From Pseudomonadota bacterium (lineage in GTDB: Bacteria > Pseudomonadota > Gammaproteobacteria > Xanthomonadales > Xanthomonadaceae), in the NCBI GenBank assembly GCA_030528565.1, contig JAUMYP010000002.1:56854-120853 (forward strand): a stretch of DNA of 64,000 nt, read 5' to 3'. This document shows, in pieces, positions 19,797-30,984 of this stretch (position 1 is the first letter of the stretch; the number at the start of each line of letters is the position of its first letter). Both the position numbers and the translations under genes were made by a program. Below the pieces are notes generated by a model. It saw nothing but the letters and a program-made list of their open reading frames with translations, was not told the DNA's origin and searched no databases.

Positions 19797-21150
19797 CGCT
19801 ATGTTCTCCTTGTAGCAGGGTGACCACGCGCTCCATCGCACTGCCGCGCGAACCCTTGACCAATACCCGCACCCCGGCCTGCAAGTCGCTTTGCAAGGCC
19901 GCGGCCAGTGCTTCATGGCTGGCGAACACTTGCGCGCCATCGCCAAAACTGTTTGCCGCCTCTGCGCTCAGCTCACCCAGCGCATACAGGCGCTTGATAC
20001 CGGCAGCGCGGGCGCGGCGACCGGCCTCGGCATGCAGCCGCGCAGCATCGGTGCCCAGCTCGCGCATATCGCCGAGCACCAGCCAGGCTTCATTGCCGGA
20101 AGCGGCCAGGGTGTCGATGGCCGCGCCGAGCGAGCCGGGATTGGCGTTATAGCTGTCATCAACCAGCCAGGCGCCACTGGCCAGGCGCTGCGCCACCAGC
20201 CGCCCGGCGACCGGCGCAACGCTTTCAAGCCCGGCCTTGATGGCTGCCAGCGATACCCCGGCGGCCAATGCCATGCTGGCCGCCGCCAGTGCATTGGCGA
20301 TATTGTGGCGGCCTGCCAGCGCCAGGCGGATATCGGCCTCGCCCTGCGGGCATAGCAGCCGGAACTGGCTGCCCTCGGCATCAGTACGGATATTGTCCGC
20401 ACGCACATCGGCGCTGGCCTCAAGGCCAAAACGCAACACTTTGTGGCTGCCCGCACGCGCGACAAAATATTCGGCAAAGGCATCATCGGCATTGATGACG
20501 GCGGTGCCGCCTGCGCGCAGGTCGTCATAGATGGCCGCCTTGGTATCGGCAATGCCCAGCAGGCTGCCCATGCGCTCCAGATGCGCCGGGGCGATGTTAT
20601 TGACCAGCGCCACATCAGGCGCGGCCACGGCGGTCAGCCAGGCGATATCGCCCGGCTGGCCTGCCCCCATTTCATACACCGCGTACTGGCTGTCCTCCGG
20701 CGTGCCAATCACGGTCAACGGCAAGCCTATTTCGTTATTCAGATTGCCCGGTGTGGCATGGGTGGCGCCCACTTGCTGCAAAATCGCCGCAAGCAGGGTT
20801 TTGACACTGGTCTTGCCATTGCTGCCGGTGATGGCAAAGGCTTTCAGGCGGCGCGCCCGGTGCAGGCCGCGGGCGATATCGGCCAGCGCCGCCTGCGTGT
20901 CGCTCACCACTACCTGCGGCAGCGGCAACGGCAGCTCGCGGCTGACCAGTGCCGCGCAGGCACCGGCGGCGGCGGCCTGTTGCAGATGGTCATGACCATC
21001 AAAGTTTGCGCCCTTGAGCGCCACAAACAGCACTTGACCCTGCGGCAGCTTGCGGCTGTCGGTGGCGATGGCATCCACTTGCAGCGCGGCATCGCCCACG
21101 ACACGGCCTTGGGTGAGTTCGGCAATTTGTGCCAGCGTCATCGGCTTCAT
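19786..21150 (-). CDS. murF: UDP-MurNAc-tripeptide--D-alanyl-D-alanine ligase
   Basis: Mur ligase; [12 protein letters not shown]... Confidence 0.9.
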   Translation of the reverse strand: MKPMTLAQIAELTQGRVVGDAALQVDAIATDSRKLPQGQVLFVALKGANFDGHDHLQQAAAAGACAALVSRELPLPLPQVVVSDTQAALADIARGLHRARRLKAFAITGSNGKTSVKTLLAAILQQVGATHATPGNLNNEIGLPLTVIGTPEDSQYAVYEMGAGQPGDIAWLTAVAAPDVALVNNIAPAHLERMGSLLGIADTKAAIYDDLRAGGTAVINADDAFAEYFVARAGSHKVLRFGLEASADVRADNIRTDAEGSQFRLLCPQGEADIRLALAGRHNIANALAAASMALAAGVSLAAIKAGLESVAPVAGRLVAQRLASGAWLVDDSYNANPGSLGAAIDTLAASGNEAWLVLGDMRELGTDAARLHAEAGRRARAAGIKRLYALGELSAEAANSFGDGAQVFASHEALAAALQSDLQAGVRVLVKGSRGSAMERVVTLLQGEHSDAA

Positions 21151-22619
21151 GCCCGCCCCTCCAGCGCCGCGCGCGCTACTGCCAGGTCATCGAAGTCATG
21201 CTTGACGCCGCATACGTCCTGATAGGTTTCATGGCCCTTGCCGGCAATCAGCACGATGTCATCGGCGCCGGCCTCGGCAACCGCCCGGATAATCGCCTGG
21301 CGGCGGTCGCGCTCGACCACCACATTCTGCATGGAAGCAAAACCGGCCAGGATATCGGCAACGATGCCATCGCCGTCTTCACCGCGCGGATTGTCGTCAG
21401 TGACATACACGCGCTCTGACAAGCGTTCGGCAATCGCCGCCATCTGCGGGCGCTTGCCACGGTCGCGCTCGCCACCGCAGCCAAATACGCAAATCAGCCG
21501 CCCCTGCAAATGCGCGCGCAGCGACTGCAAGGCTTGCTCCAGCGGGTCGGGCTTGTGCGAATAATCCACCACCAGCAGCGGCAGGCGGCCATCGCCGCCC
21601 AGCCGGTTCATGCGTCCGGCCACGGGTGCCAGTTGCGGCAGCACGGCCAGGATTTCTTCAAAACTGCGCCCCTGGGCATGCAGCACGGCCGCCACCGAGA
21701 GCAGGTTGTCGATATTGAAACGCCCCAGCAGCGGCGATTGCACTGGCGCACTCTGCGCGCCAATCCGCAACTGGAACGCAATGCCGCGTGCATTCAGCGT
21801 AATACGGCTTGCCGCCACATCGGCCGCTGCCGCATTGGATGCGGAAATGCCGATAGTGCGCACCGCCTGCGGTAGCGACTGCAACAAGCGCGCGCCATAG
21901 GCATCGTCGATATTGATGACCGCCGCCTGCAGGCCTTCCCGCTGGAACAGCCGCGCCTTGGCCGCGCCATAGGCGTCCATATCACCGTGATAGTCCAGAT
22001 GGTCGCGGGTGAGATTGGTAAACACCGCGATGTCGTAATGCACGCCATCCACGCGCCCCTGGTCGAGCGCATGCGAGCTGACCTCCATCGTCACCGCCGT
22101 TGCACCGGCATCGCGCAAGTTCGCCAGCATCTGCTGCATCGGCAGCACCAGCGGCGTGGTAAAGCCGGTCGCCACTTCCTGACCATACAGGCCAGTGCCC
22201 AGCGTGCCGATGGTGCCGCAACGCTCGCCAAGCAGCTCCAGAGCCTGCGCCAGCATCTGCACCGTGGAGGTTTTGCCACTGGTGCCGGTGACCCCCACCA
22301 TCTTCATGGCATGCGAAGGCGCGCCGTGGAAGGCGTTGCCCATCTGCCCGAGGCGCGCACGCAGGCCAGGCACGGCGATGGCATCGGCAGGGGCGGGCAG
22401 TTCCGCAGGCGCAGGCGGCTCAAACAGCACCGCCGCCGCGCCGCGCTCGCGGGCCTGCTGCACAAAACCCAGGCCATGCGCGCCAAACCCGGCAATGGCG
22501 ATAAAGGCATCGCCCGGACGCACTTCGCGGCTGTCCATCACCAGCCCGGAAACGGCAAGACCTGCGGGAATCCCCGGCACATCCGGCAACAAATCGGCAA
22601 GCAACAGGGTGCGGCTCAT
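21147..22619 (-). CDS. murE: UDP-MurNAc-L-Ala-D-Glu--2,6-diaminopimelate ligase
   Basis: [14 protein letters not shown]...; DNPR motif. Confidence 0.9.
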   Translation of the reverse strand: MSRTLLLADLLPDVPGIPAGLAVSGLVMDSREVRPGDAFIAIAGFGAHGLGFVQQARERGAAAVLFEPPAPAELPAPADAIAVPGLRARLGQMGNAFHGAPSHAMKMVGVTGTSGKTSTVQMLAQALELLGERCGTIGTLGTGLYGQEVATGFTTPLVLPMQQMLANLRDAGATAVTMEVSSHALDQGRVDGVHYDIAVFTNLTRDHLDYHGDMDAYGAAKARLFQREGLQAAVINIDDAYGARLLQSLPQAVRTIGISASNAAAADVAASRITLNARGIAFQLRIGAQSAPVQSPLLGRFNIDNLLSVAAVLHAQGRSFEEILAVLPQLAPVAGRMNRLGGDGRLPLLVVDYSHKPDPLEQALQSLRAHLQGRLICVFGCGGERDRGKRPQMAAIAERLSERVYVTDDNPRGEDGDGIVADILAGFASMQNVVVERDRRQAIIRAVAEAGADDIVLIAGKGHETYQDVCGVKHDFDDLAVARAALEGRA

Positions 22620-24448
22620 AGCTGGCGCTCCAGGGGTTGTGGCAGCGGCATGGCGGCAGCTACCTGCGGGCCGGCCGCTTTTTGCTGGGCGGCAATCCAG
22701 CTTTCTATATCGTCCGGCGGCACATCCATCAGCCGCAGCGCGCCTTCCATCACATTGCGAAATACCGGCGCTGCCAACTGCCCCCCGTAATAGCCCTTGG
22801 CAGGGTCGGGGTCATCGACCGTCACCACCATCGCATAGCGCGGGTTTTCTACCGGTACCACACCGGCAAAAAACGCCACATAGCGGCGCAAATAGCCGCT
22901 TTTGCCAGCAGATTTGCGCGCCGTGCCGGTCTTGCCAGCCACGTGATAGCCCAAAATGGCCGCCTGGGTGGCGGTGCCGCCGGGCTGGGTCACGGTTTGC
23001 ATCATCTGCATCACATTGCGGGCGATGGCCGGGTCAAGCACCTGGCGACGCGCGCGCGCCTCGCCTTTGATAAAGGTCGGACGCACCGCCACGCCGTCAT
23101 TGGCCAGCGTGGCGTAGGCATGCACGATTTGCATCGGGGTGACGTTTAAAGCATAGCCATAGGACATGGTTTGCTTGCTGGTGCCATCCCAGCGCGCCGG
23201 TTCGCGCAAAAGGCCTGCCGCTTCGCCCGGGAAATTGATGCCGGTGCGCTGGCCATAGCCGAACTTGTGCAGGAAGTCATAGAACTGCTGGTTGCTTAGC
23301 TGGCGCGCAATCAGCGCCATGCCCACGTTCGAGCTTTTCTGGATAAGTCCGGTCGTGGTCAGCGTGCCGTAATTGCGGGTATCGGTAGTGCGAAAACCGC
23401 CATTGGCAATCCAGCCGGGGCTGACATTGAAAGTGGAATTGACGGAAATCACCCCGGCCTCAAGTCCTGCCGCCACAGTCAGGGGCTTGATGGTCGAGCC
23501 TGGCTCCAGCAAGTCGGTCAGGGCGCGGTTGCGGCGTGCCTCAACGCTGACCGTGGCGATATTGTTGGGGTTGTAGGAGGGCAGGTTGGCCATCGCCAGC
23601 ACTTCGCCACTGCGCACATCCAGCACCACCGCCGAGCCGCTGGCTGCGCCGCTTTTTTCCAGCATCGCCTTCAGCTCACGATAGGTCAGGTACTGGATAC
23701 GCCGGTCAATGGTCAGTGTCACGTCCTGGCCCGGCTGGGCTGCACGCAACAAATCCAGATGCTCGACAAAACGGCCATCCCTGTCGCGCAGCACCTGCCT
23801 CAGACCGGGCTTTCCGGCCAGTACATCATTGAAGGCCAGCTCGATACCTTCCTGTCCCTTGTCATCGACATTGGTAAAACCCAGGATGTGGGCAAAGGCT
23901 TCCCCCTGCGGATAGAAGCGGGCAAATGCAGGCTCCTTGCCAACACCGGGAATCCCCAGGGCAATAATCGCATCCGCCTGTGCCGGGCTGAGCGCCTTGC
24001 GGTGAATCCGGATACCTTCTTGGGCTCTTTTCTGGAAAATTCTCTCGCGCAGCCCGGCAACCGGAATATCCAAAGCCTGCGCCAGCTGCTCAAGCTGCCG
24101 TTCAGCCGCCTGGCGTTGCGCCAGTTTTTCCGATTCCAGTGCTGCCGCCCAGTAGCCCGGCTCCAGCTTGATGAAAACCACCGGACTGGATACGGCCAGC
24201 GGCTCGCCATTGCGGTCGGCGATCATGCCGCGCATGGCCGGAATCTGCACGGTACGCAGGCTGCGGCTGTCGCCTTGCATCTGATAGAAGTCCTGGTTGA
24301 CAAGCTGCACCCATTCGGCGCGCAGTACCAGGGCACTGATAAGGACAATCAGCCCAACCCCCGTTAACAGCACGCGCTGACGCACATCCAGTGACAGCCA
24401 GCCACTGATAACTTCGCCCATGGTGCGCTTGCGACGGCTCTGCTTCAT
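22616..24448 (-). CDS. ftsI: penicillin-binding protein 3 (peptidoglycan D,D-transpeptidase FtsI)
   Basis: STIKP active-site motif, KTGT motif, N-terminal TM. Confidence 0.92.
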   Translation of the reverse strand: MKQSRRKRTMGEVISGWLSLDVRQRVLLTGVGLIVLISALVLRAEWVQLVNQDFYQMQGDSRSLRTVQIPAMRGMIADRNGEPLAVSSPVVFIKLEPGYWAAALESEKLAQRQAAERQLEQLAQALDIPVAGLRERIFQKRAQEGIRIHRKALSPAQADAIIALGIPGVGKEPAFARFYPQGEAFAHILGFTNVDDKGQEGIELAFNDVLAGKPGLRQVLRDRDGRFVEHLDLLRAAQPGQDVTLTIDRRIQYLTYRELKAMLEKSGAASGSAVVLDVRSGEVLAMANLPSYNPNNIATVSVEARRNRALTDLLEPGSTIKPLTVAAGLEAGVISVNSTFNVSPGWIANGGFRTTDTRNYGTLTTTGLIQKSSNVGMALIARQLSNQQFYDFLHKFGYGQRTGINFPGEAAGLLREPARWDGTSKQTMSYGYALNVTPMQIVHAYATLANDGVAVRPTFIKGEARARRQVLDPAIARNVMQMMQTVTQPGGTATQAAILGYHVAGKTGTARKSAGKSGYLRRYVAFFAGVVPVENPRYAMVVTVDDPDPAKGYYGGQLAAPVFRNVMEGALRLMDVPPDDIESWIAAQQKAAGPQVAAAMPLPQPLERQL

Positions 24449-24708
24449 GGCCGCACCAGCACGATTTCATGCGCCTGCGGCGCCACCATGCCAAGCCTCT
24501 CGCGCGCTGCCTTGTCAATCAGCGTACTTTCGGCATACGTCGCCTGCTCAAGCTGCAACTGCTTGAATTCCAGCTCCAGCCGGTCACGCAGGTTTTCGGC
24601 CTTGACGATTTCGGCAAACACCTGCCGGTGACGATGACGCGCTTCAACACGCATCACCGCGGTCGCGATACAGGCCAGCAACAAAACCAGCAGCAACAGG
24701 CGCATCAT
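24445..24708 (-). CDS. ftsL: cell division protein FtsL
   Basis: 87 aa, one TM helix plus coiled coil, positioned between rsmH and ftsI. Confidence 0.85.
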   Translation of the reverse strand: MMRLLLLVLLLACIATAVMRVEARHRHRQVFAEIVKAENLRDRLELEFKQLQLEQATYAESTLIDKAARERLGMVAPQAHEIVLVRP

Positions 24709-25655
24709 GGCTGCACCTGCGCAATCTTTTCTGCCACCCGCAACACGGCGCTGCGCGCGCGCGGATTGGCGCGATTTTCTGCATCATCGGCCCTGATGGC
24801 CGAACCCACCAGCTTCAGCGTGGGCGTAAATGCCTGCAATTGCGGGCGACGGCGGTCACCCGGCGGCGCTTTGGCCTTGCCTGCCATGAACTGCTTGACG
24901 ATGCGGTCTTCCAGCGAATGGAAGCTGATGACCACCAGCCTTCCTGCCGGGCGCAGGGCATCATGCGCGGCGGCAAGACCGGCTTCCAAGTCCTGTAGCT
25001 CGCGGTTGATGTGGATGCGAATGGCCTGGAAGCTGCGCGTGGCCGGATGGCTGCTGTCCTTGCCACGCGGCACATTGGCAGCGATGACTTCGGCCAAATC
25101 CAGCGTGCGCAGGAACGGCTGGCGCACACGGCGCGCGACGATGGCACGGGCGATACGGCGGCTCATGCGCTCCTCGCCATAACGCCACAGCACATCGGCG
25201 ATTTCCTGCTCGTCCGCCTCCGCCAGCCACTGGGCAGCAGTTTGCCCGGCATCCCGGTTCATGCGCATATCCAGGGGGCCATCCTTGTTAAACGAAAAAC
25301 CGCGCTCGGCCACATCCAGTTGCGGTGAAGACACCCCCAAATCCAGCAGCACGCCATCCAGGCCATCCCCCACCGCCTGCCATTGCCCCAGTTCGGCAAA
25401 GCTGCCGTGGTATATCTGCACGCGGGCGTCGGTGCCGAAGCGTGCCCTGGCGGTTTCGATGGCGGCCATATCCTTGTCCATCACCAGCAATTTGCCGGTA
25501 GCGCCCAGTTGCGCCAGCACACCGGCCGCATGGCCGCCACGACCAAACGTGCCGTCCAGATAAACGCCATCAGCCTTGATACACAGACCCGCCAGCACCG
25601 GCTGATACAGCACCGGCACATGCGCGGTCGGGGTATGGCTCGCCGTGCCCATCAC
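24705..25655 (-). CDS. rsmH: 16S rRNA (cytosine1402-N4)-methyltransferase RsmH (MraW)
   Basis: [10 protein letters not shown]...DGTFGRGGH... Confidence 0.93.
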   Translation of the reverse strand: MMGTASHTPTAHVPVLYQPVLAGLCIKADGVYLDGTFGRGGHAAGVLAQLGATGKLLVMDKDMAAIETARARFGTDARVQIYHGSFAELGQWQAVGDGLDGVLLDLGVSSPQLDVAERGFSFNKDGPLDMRMNRDAGQTAAQWLAEADEQEIADVLWRYGEERMSRRIARAIVARRVRQPFLRTLDLAEVIAANVPRGKDSSHPATRSFQAIRIHINRELQDLEAGLAAAHDALRPAGRLVVISFHSLEDRIVKQFMAGKAKAPPGDRRRPQLQAFTPTLKLVGSAIRADDAENRANPRARSAVLRVAEKIAQVQP

Positions 25656-26101
25656 AAGCTCAGCCCCTCCAGTGCATCGCTGTCCATATCCTCATCGGAC
25701 AGCGTCTGCGCAATCTGCGCGGCATGTGCGTCCTCACTCCACAACTCGAATTTCTCACCCATGCCAATCAGGATGGCGCGGCGCTCGATACCGACCGCAT
25801 TGCGATGGCTGGCGCTGATGCTGATACGGGCACTGCCATCCAGCACCTGCAAGCTTGCCGAGCCGACCAGTTTCAGCTGCAACTGCCGCGAAGACTTCTT
25901 GGCGCGCGGCAAGGCATTGACCTCATCACGCAATTTTTCCCATGCCGGCTGCGGATAGATATACAGCGAGCCGGATTCAAACGGGTTGTAAGTCACCACC
26001 AAATGGCCGCCACAGACCTGCTCAACCTGCTCACGGAAGCAGGTCGGGATGGTCAGTCGCCCCTTTTCATCAAGGGTGATGGCGGTTTCGCCTTGGAACA
26101 T
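25652..26101 (-). CDS. mraZ: division/cell wall cluster transcriptional regulator MraZ
   Basis: [19 protein letters not shown]..., two SpoVT-AbrB domains. Confidence 0.93.
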   Translation of the reverse strand: MFQGETAITLDEKGRLTIPTCFREQVEQVCGGHLVVTYNPFESGSLYIYPQPAWEKLRDEVNALPRAKKSSRQLQLKLVGSASLQVLDGSARISISASHRNAVGIERRAILIGMGEKFELWSEDAHAAQIAQTLSDEDMDSDALEGLSL

Positions 26102-26162
26102 GGCAGGTCAATGACTCACTCTGAGGAAATATGGGCATACATGAAAACCACCAAACTCCACG

Positions 26163-26201
26163 TTATCCCACGATTTGCCACAATAAGTTCCACCCCCCCC
26201 C
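26163..26201 (-). promoter_or_regulatory. mraZ leader: three GTGGN direct repeats at 11-nt spacing (candidate MraZ operator) abutting a G9 homopolymer
   Basis: Plus strand shows cccac (26167), gccac (26178), tccac (26189), then C9 (26193-26201), 65-100 nt upstream of the mraZ ATG. Confidence 0.4.
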
Positions 26202-26413
26202 TTGTCAACAGGCTTTACTGAACCGTTTTCCTTGGCACATCAATACCTTGCAAGAAACTTCAGAAATAACTCAAAGGTTTTCCTGCAAACAATTGTTGTG
26301 CATTGGTTCACATCTTTGACGCGCCTCGTGCGTTCGTCATCGAGTTAATTTCATGAATACGGGCAGGCAGCGGCCTGCCAGCTGAACGAAGGCCTATCTG
26401 CGAGAAAAATCCG

Positions 26414-26762
26414 TGAAGTGGCGGAGCCGGCCGATAAGCCGGGTTCTGTCGTGGACAGTCATTCTTCTAGGCCTGCCATCACTGACAGGCTCCAGCAACC
26501 TACCCGGTGCCGACGCGGGTCACGCCATGACACCCTATTTGGTCTTGCTCCCGATGGGGTTTGCCGTGCCGGTGGGTTGCCCCACTCGCGGTGCGCTCTT
26601 ACCGCACCATTTCACCCTTACCGCGCCCTGGGGCGTGGCGGTATCTTTCTGTTGCACTTTCCGTCGGCTCGCGCCGCCCAGGCGTTACCTGGCATCGCAC
26701 CCTGTGGAGCCCGGACTTTCCTCGGCACCGCAAAGGTGCCGCGACTGTCTGGCCGACTCCGC
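26414..26762 (-). ncRNA. rnpB: RNase P RNA (bacterial type A)
   Basis: The reverse complement contains GAGGAAAGUCCGGGCUCCACAGGG..GCCAGGUAACGCCUGGG...AGUGCAACAGAAAG...GGUAAGGGUGAAAUGGUGCGGUAAGAGCGCACC...ACAGAACCCGGCUUAUCGGCCGGCUCC, with a P1 pairing GGAGUCGGCC/GGCCGGCUCC. The ends are good to within about 5 nt. Confidence 0.93.
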
Positions 26763-26780
26763 CGCGTGCATTGTAGCGAC

Positions 26781-27617
26781 TTACTGCTGCCCGTAGAGCG
26801 CCTTGCGTGGTGCGCCACTCAGTTCTGCGGCAATCTTGGCCGCGCTTGAGGGCGGCAAATGCGCCAGCAGCGCACGATAGATGCGCAGGCCTTCGGCCAG
26901 CTGTCCCTCGGCGCTGTCCGCCGCGCCTTCCACCAGCACCACGAACTCGCCTTTTTGCTGGTTGGCATCGGCCTCCACCTGTGCCGTGATTTCGGCCAGG
27001 CTGCCATCCAGAACGGTTTCAAACAGTTTGGTCAACTCGCGCGCCACTGCCGCCTTGCGCTCGCCGCCGAATACTTCACCGGCATCGTGCAAGAACTCGC
27101 AAATGCGATGCGATGACTCATAAAAAATCATCGTCCGGCGCTCGCCTGCCAGCGCCTGCAAACGCTCGCGCCTGGCTCCCGCCTTGGCAGGCAAAAAGCC
27201 TTCAAACACGAAGCGGTCACTGGGCAGCCCCGCCACTGACAGCGCAGCAATCAGGGCCGAAGCCCCCGGCACCGGGCTGACCCGCACCCCGGCCTTGCGC
27301 GCGGCCTGCACCAGCCGGAAGCCCGGGTCACTCACCAGGGGCGTACCGGCATCGGAAATCAGGGCCAGCGATTCGCCAGCCAAGAGCCGCGCCACCAGCT
27401 TTTCCGCCAGCGCCGCCTCGTTATGCTCATGCAATGCCAGCAATGGCGTATCAATGCCAAACTGTTGCAGCAGGGGGCGGCTATGCCGCGTGTCCTCGGC
27501 ACAAATCGCTGCCACCATGCGCAAAGTCTCCACCGCGCGCGGGCTGAAATCGCCGGTATTGCCAATCGGGGTGGCTACCACATACAGGCTGGCAGGTGAA
27601 GCAGATACAGGCGGCAT
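26781..27617 (-). CDS. rsmI: 16S rRNA (cytidine1402-2'-O)-methyltransferase RsmI
   Basis: LYVVATPIGNTGDFSPRAVETL...AEDTRHS..., tetrapyrrole methylase fold. Confidence 0.93.
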   Translation of the reverse strand: MPPVSASPASLYVVATPIGNTGDFSPRAVETLRMVAAICAEDTRHSRPLLQQFGIDTPLLALHEHNEAALAEKLVARLLAGESLALISDAGTPLVSDPGFRLVQAARKAGVRVSPVPGASALIAALSVAGLPSDRFVFEGFLPAKAGARRERLQALAGERRTMIFYESSHRICEFLHDAGEVFGGERKAAVARELTKLFETVLDGSLAEITAQVEADANQQKGEFVVLVEGAADSAEGQLAEGLRIYRALLAHLPPSSAAKIAAELSGAPRKALYGQQ

Positions 27618-27679
27618 TCGTTTCTCCGGGGCAAGCGCGGGTAGAATCGTAAAGCAAACATCTCCGAGAGTTTCCAGAT

Positions 27680-28999
27680 ATGCGCAACGCTCATTTCCGT
27701 GTGCTTTTGCTGGCAGGCTTGCTGGGACTGGCTGGCTGCGCCAGCACGCCGAGCATCACCCCGGTCAAGGCGCCGCCCACCCCCAGCGCCTTCACCCAGG
27801 CACACCAACTGGCACAGAGCGATGTGCGCGGCAATGCCGCACAAATCGAAGCCCTGCTGGCCACACTGGACGATGCCAGCCTTGCCCGTCATACCACCGC
27901 CCTGGCCGCCAATGACCCGCTGTATGCCCTGGCTGGCCGCGCCATGCTGCGCCGTGGCCTGACACCGCCGCACCCGTTCAACCGTGGCCCCGAGCTGGGT
28001 CAGCGCGCTGCGGCCGCTGCCGATGGCTACCGCCCCCCCAATGCACTGGCTGTGCTGCTGCCCCTGACCGGCGCCATGGCCAATGCCGCCAAGCCGGTAC
28101 GTGACGGGCTGATGGCCGCCTACCACGCCGAACGCCGCACCCGCCCGCCAGTGCGCTTCTACGACACCAGCGCCGGGGTGATGGCCGCCTACCAGCGCGC
28201 CGTGGCAGAGGGCGCCGATTATGTAGTCGGGCCATTGCAGCGCGGCGAAGTGGATACGCTGTTTGCCCAGGGCCAGCTGCCGGTGCCGGTCTTGGCGCTC
28301 AACCGCGGCGAGCGCGACACCCCGGAAAGCCATATCGCCTTCTCGCTGGCTCCCGAAGACGAAGGCATCGCCGCTGCCGAATGGCTGATTGCCCGCCAGG
28401 CCAGCCGCGCGGTGGTGATTTTGAATCCCGGCGATGACGCCCTGCGCCGCGCAGCCAATGCGTTTTCCGAGCGCCTGCACCAGCGCGGCGGGCAAGTTGT
28501 CGAAACCGTACGGCTGGGCAATGCCGCCAGCCATCTCAACATCGCCACAACTGCGCCGGTGGATGCGGTGTATTTCGCCATCCGCGGCGAGCAGGCCCGC
28601 AACCTGATGGCCGCCATCAACCAGCACCCGGCACTGGCACGGGCAGCGCGCATTGCTGCCGCACAAATCACCAGCGGCATGGGCAATGCCGAAGAAGCCA
28701 GCGCACTGGACGGCATCGTTTTCCCCGGCGAATCGCTGCAAACCCGCAGCATATCCGGCCTGCCCGGCAATCCCGGCGCCCTTACCCCGAGCGCACGTGG
28801 CGCCGCCGCCCGCCTGTTCGCCTTCGGCCATGATGCCTGGCTGATTACCGCCTACCCCGAACGCCTCAGCCATCCCCGTGAAGGCGGCCTGGGCGGGGCA
28901 ACCGGCGTATTGAAGCTGGACGGCTTCGGCAATATCACCCGCAGCCCGGACTGGTCGGTACTGCGCGGCGGCGTTGCCCTGCCCTACAGTGGCCGCTGA
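27680..28999 (+). CDS. lpoA: penicillin-binding protein activator LpoA family lipoprotein (YraM/LppC)
   Basis: Lipoprotein signal [10 protein letters not shown]. Conserved rsmI-divergent-lpoA-yraN synteny. 439 aa, shorter than E. coli LpoA. Confidence 0.65.
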   Translation: MRNAHFRVLLLAGLLGLAGCASTPSITPVKAPPTPSAFTQAHQLAQSDVRGNAAQIEALLATLDDASLARHTTALAANDPLYALAGRAMLRRGLTPPHPFNRGPELGQRAAAAADGYRPPNALAVLLPLTGAMANAAKPVRDGLMAAYHAERRTRPPVRFYDTSAGVMAAYQRAVAEGADYVVGPLQRGEVDTLFAQGQLPVPVLALNRGERDTPESHIAFSLAPEDEGIAAAEWLIARQASRAVVILNPGDDALRRAANAFSERLHQRGGQVVETVRLGNAASHLNIATTAPVDAVYFAIRGEQARNLMAAINQHPALARAARIAAAQITSGMGNAEEASALDGIVFPGESLQTRSISGLPGNPGALTPSARGAAARLFAFGHDAWLITAYPERLSHPREGGLGGATGVLKLDGFGNITRSPDWSVLRGGVALPYSGR

Positions 29000-29357
29000 A
29001 CACCTGAAAACCGGGCAGGCAGCCGAACAGGCCGCCTGCCATTGGCTTGAAACCCATGGCCTGTGCCTGGTTGCCCGCAATCAACGCTGGCGCGATGGCG
29101 AACTGGATTTGGTGATGCGCGATGGCAATACCCTGGTGTTTGTCGAAGTACGCTACCGCGCAAGCAGCCACTACGGTGGCGCCGCCGCCTCCATCACCCG
29201 CAGCAAACAGCAGCGCCTGATTCGCGCTGCCGGACACTTCCTCGCCGCACACCCGGCACTGGCACAGCTGCCCTGCCGCTTCGACGTCATCACCGCCTGC
29301 GGCAACCCCGCCACCCCGGAAATCAACTGGCTGCGCGATGCGTTCACGGCGCAATAA
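28974..29357 (+). CDS. yraN: YraN family (UPF0102) endonuclease-like protein
   Basis: ...[31 protein letters not shown]... Confidence 0.8.
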   Translation: MPCPTVAAEHLKTGQAAEQAACHWLETHGLCLVARNQRWRDGELDLVMRDGNTLVFVEVRYRASSHYGGAAASITRSKQQRLIRAAGHFLAAHPALAQLPCRFDVITACGNPATPEINWLRDAFTAQ

Positions 29358-30080
29358 TCACACCCAGTCGCGCATCGCTTCGCGCACTTCCGGCAGGCAG
29401 CGGCGGCTGACATCCAGTGGTTTGTCCACGCCATGCAGCCAGACATGCGCCTTGCCATTGCTGTCGCGTTGCAGCTCCCTGAGTGCGTCGCGAGCAATCA
29501 GACAATTGCGGTGGATGCGCAAAAAACGCTCGCCAAATTCTTCTTCCAGCGACTTCAGGCTTTCTTCAATCAAGTCCTCGCCACCGGCATGGTGAACCAC
29601 CACGTATTTTTCTTCGGCCTGCAAATAGCGGATATCCACCACCGGAATCAGCCGCATATGCCCGCCTAAGCGGACGCATAGCTGGGTTCTGACATGCACC
29701 GCTGGCGTGATTTGCGCCATCCCCAGCCGCTGCCGCGCCCGGCGCAGCGTTTCAGCCAGCCGTTCGCTGCGGAAAGGTTTGACCAGATAGTCCAGGGCGG
29801 CATTGTCAAACGCCGCCAGCGCGTGTTCATCATAGGCGGTGCAGAACGCAATCAGGGGAGGGGCGGCCAGTTGCTGCAATTGCCGCGCCACCTCCAGCCC
29901 ACTCATATCCGGCATATGGATGTCCAGCATCACCAAGTCCGGATGGTATCTATCACAGGCCAGAAGCGCGGTGTGCCCATCGACGGCTTCCGCCACCACT
30001 TCCACGTCCGCCTCGCGCTGCAACATGGTGCGCAATCTGGCGCGCGCCAGTGGCTCATCATCGACAATCAGCACTTTCAT
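29358..30080 (-). CDS. two-component response regulator, LytTR/AlgR family (orphan)
   Basis: MKVLIVDDEPLARARL...DIHMPDMSGLEV... receiver domain plus a C-terminal LytTR domain. No histidine kinase is adjacent. Confidence 0.85.
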   Translation of the reverse strand: MKVLIVDDEPLARARLRTMLQREADVEVVAEAVDGHTALLACDRYHPDLVMLDIHMPDMSGLEVARQLQQLAAPPLIAFCTAYDEHALAAFDNAALDYLVKPFRSERLAETLRRARQRLGMAQITPAVHVRTQLCVRLGGHMRLIPVVDIRYLQAEEKYVVVHHAGGEDLIEESLKSLEEEFGERFLRIHRNCLIARDALRELQRDSNGKAHVWLHGVDKPLDVSRRCLPEVREAMRDWV

Positions 30081-30103
30081 AAGCCCCCCTGTTTGCAGCC
30101 TGA

Positions 30104-30784
30104 TTAATTCTGCACGGAAAACCGCTGCGCAAACCAGGCGCCAAGGTCGGCAATTTCCTCGGCAGATACCTGATGCATCATCGGATAGGCATGCCAGTCC
30201 ACCTCGAAACCGGCATCACGCAACATATCGCGGCTACGCTTGCCGCCCGTGTAGGGCACCACCGCATCATGCAGGCCATGCGCCATGAATACCGGCTGCC
30301 TGCGCGCGGCATCGGTCAGTTTCGCCATGCTGGCTGAGCCCAGCGGCAGATAGGTGGACAAGGCCACCAGCCCGGCCAGCGGCTCGGCACGCTCAATCCC
30401 CGCCGCCAGCGTAATCGCCCCGCCTTGCGAGAACCCGGCCAGGAAAATACGGCTGGCCGGAATGCCGCGCTCAATTTCGCGCGCAATCAGAAGCTCGATT
30501 TGCGCCACCGACTCGGCCACGCCTTCGGCATCGGCGCGATTGGACAAGTCCATATCGCGGATGTCATACCAGCCACGCATCGGCACACCGCCATTGATGG
30601 TGATGGGGCGCACCGGCGCATTGGGAAACACAAAACGCAAGGCAGGCCAGTCCTGCTGAACCAGCTCCGGCACAATCGGCTCGAAATCATGGGCATCCGC
30701 GCCCAGGCCATGCAGCCAGATAACCGCCCATTGCGGCTGCTCGCCGGTTTCGCGCTCAATACAGTCAGGAATGGATACGTTCAT
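30104..30784 (-). CDS. phospholipase/carboxylesterase family alpha/beta hydrolase
   Basis: VIWLHGLGADAHDF...FLAGFSQGG (GFSQG nucleophile elbow). Confidence 0.8.
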   Translation of the reverse strand: MNVSIPDCIERETGEQPQWAVIWLHGLGADAHDFEPIVPELVQQDWPALRFVFPNAPVRPITINGGVPMRGWYDIRDMDLSNRADAEGVAESVAQIELLIAREIERGIPASRIFLAGFSQGGAITLAAGIERAEPLAGLVALSTYLPLGSASMAKLTDAARRQPVFMAHGLHDAVVPYTGGKRSRDMLRDAGFEVDWHAYPMMHQVSAEEIADLGAWFAQRFSVQN

Positions 30785-30848
30785 AACGCTCGCGATTTAA
30801 CCAAAGCCCATAGCCTGACATGATTTTTCGCTTGCGGCGAGATGGGTG

Positions 30849-30878
30849 CAAAACAAAACCCGGCAGCGGCGGCCGGGT
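30849..30878 (-). terminator. rho-independent terminator downstream of the tRNA/rpoD unit
   Basis: Minus strand: stem cccggcc/ggccggg followed by UUUUGUUUU. Confidence 0.6.
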
Positions 30879-30902
30879 TCTGTGCTGCAAACGCAGCGGG
30901 TT

Positions 30903-30978
30903 TGGTGGGCCCACCAGGATTCGAACCTGGAACCAAAGGATTATGAGTCCTCTGCTCTAACCGTTGAGCTATAGGCCC
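30903..30978 (-). tRNA. tRNA, anticodon CAU; probably tRNA-Ile2 (lysidine, ileX-like) rather than elongator Met
   Basis: 76-nt cloverleaf GGGCCUAUAGCUCAACGGUUAGAGCAGAGGACUCAUAAUCCUUUGGUUCCAGGUUCGAAUCCUGGUGGGCCCACCA. It has a 7-bp acceptor stem, a CAU anticodon and an encoded CCA. Closest in pattern to E. coli ileX and sits in the same place, directly 3' of rpoD. It lacks initiator features. Confidence 0.85.
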
Positions 30979-30984
30979 CTGCAA

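Noticed and set aside
26413-26849. ORFs of 127, 143, 71 and 66 aa
   Set aside because: They lie within or overlap the RNase P RNA gene and the rsmI 3' end; the region is explained by rnpB.
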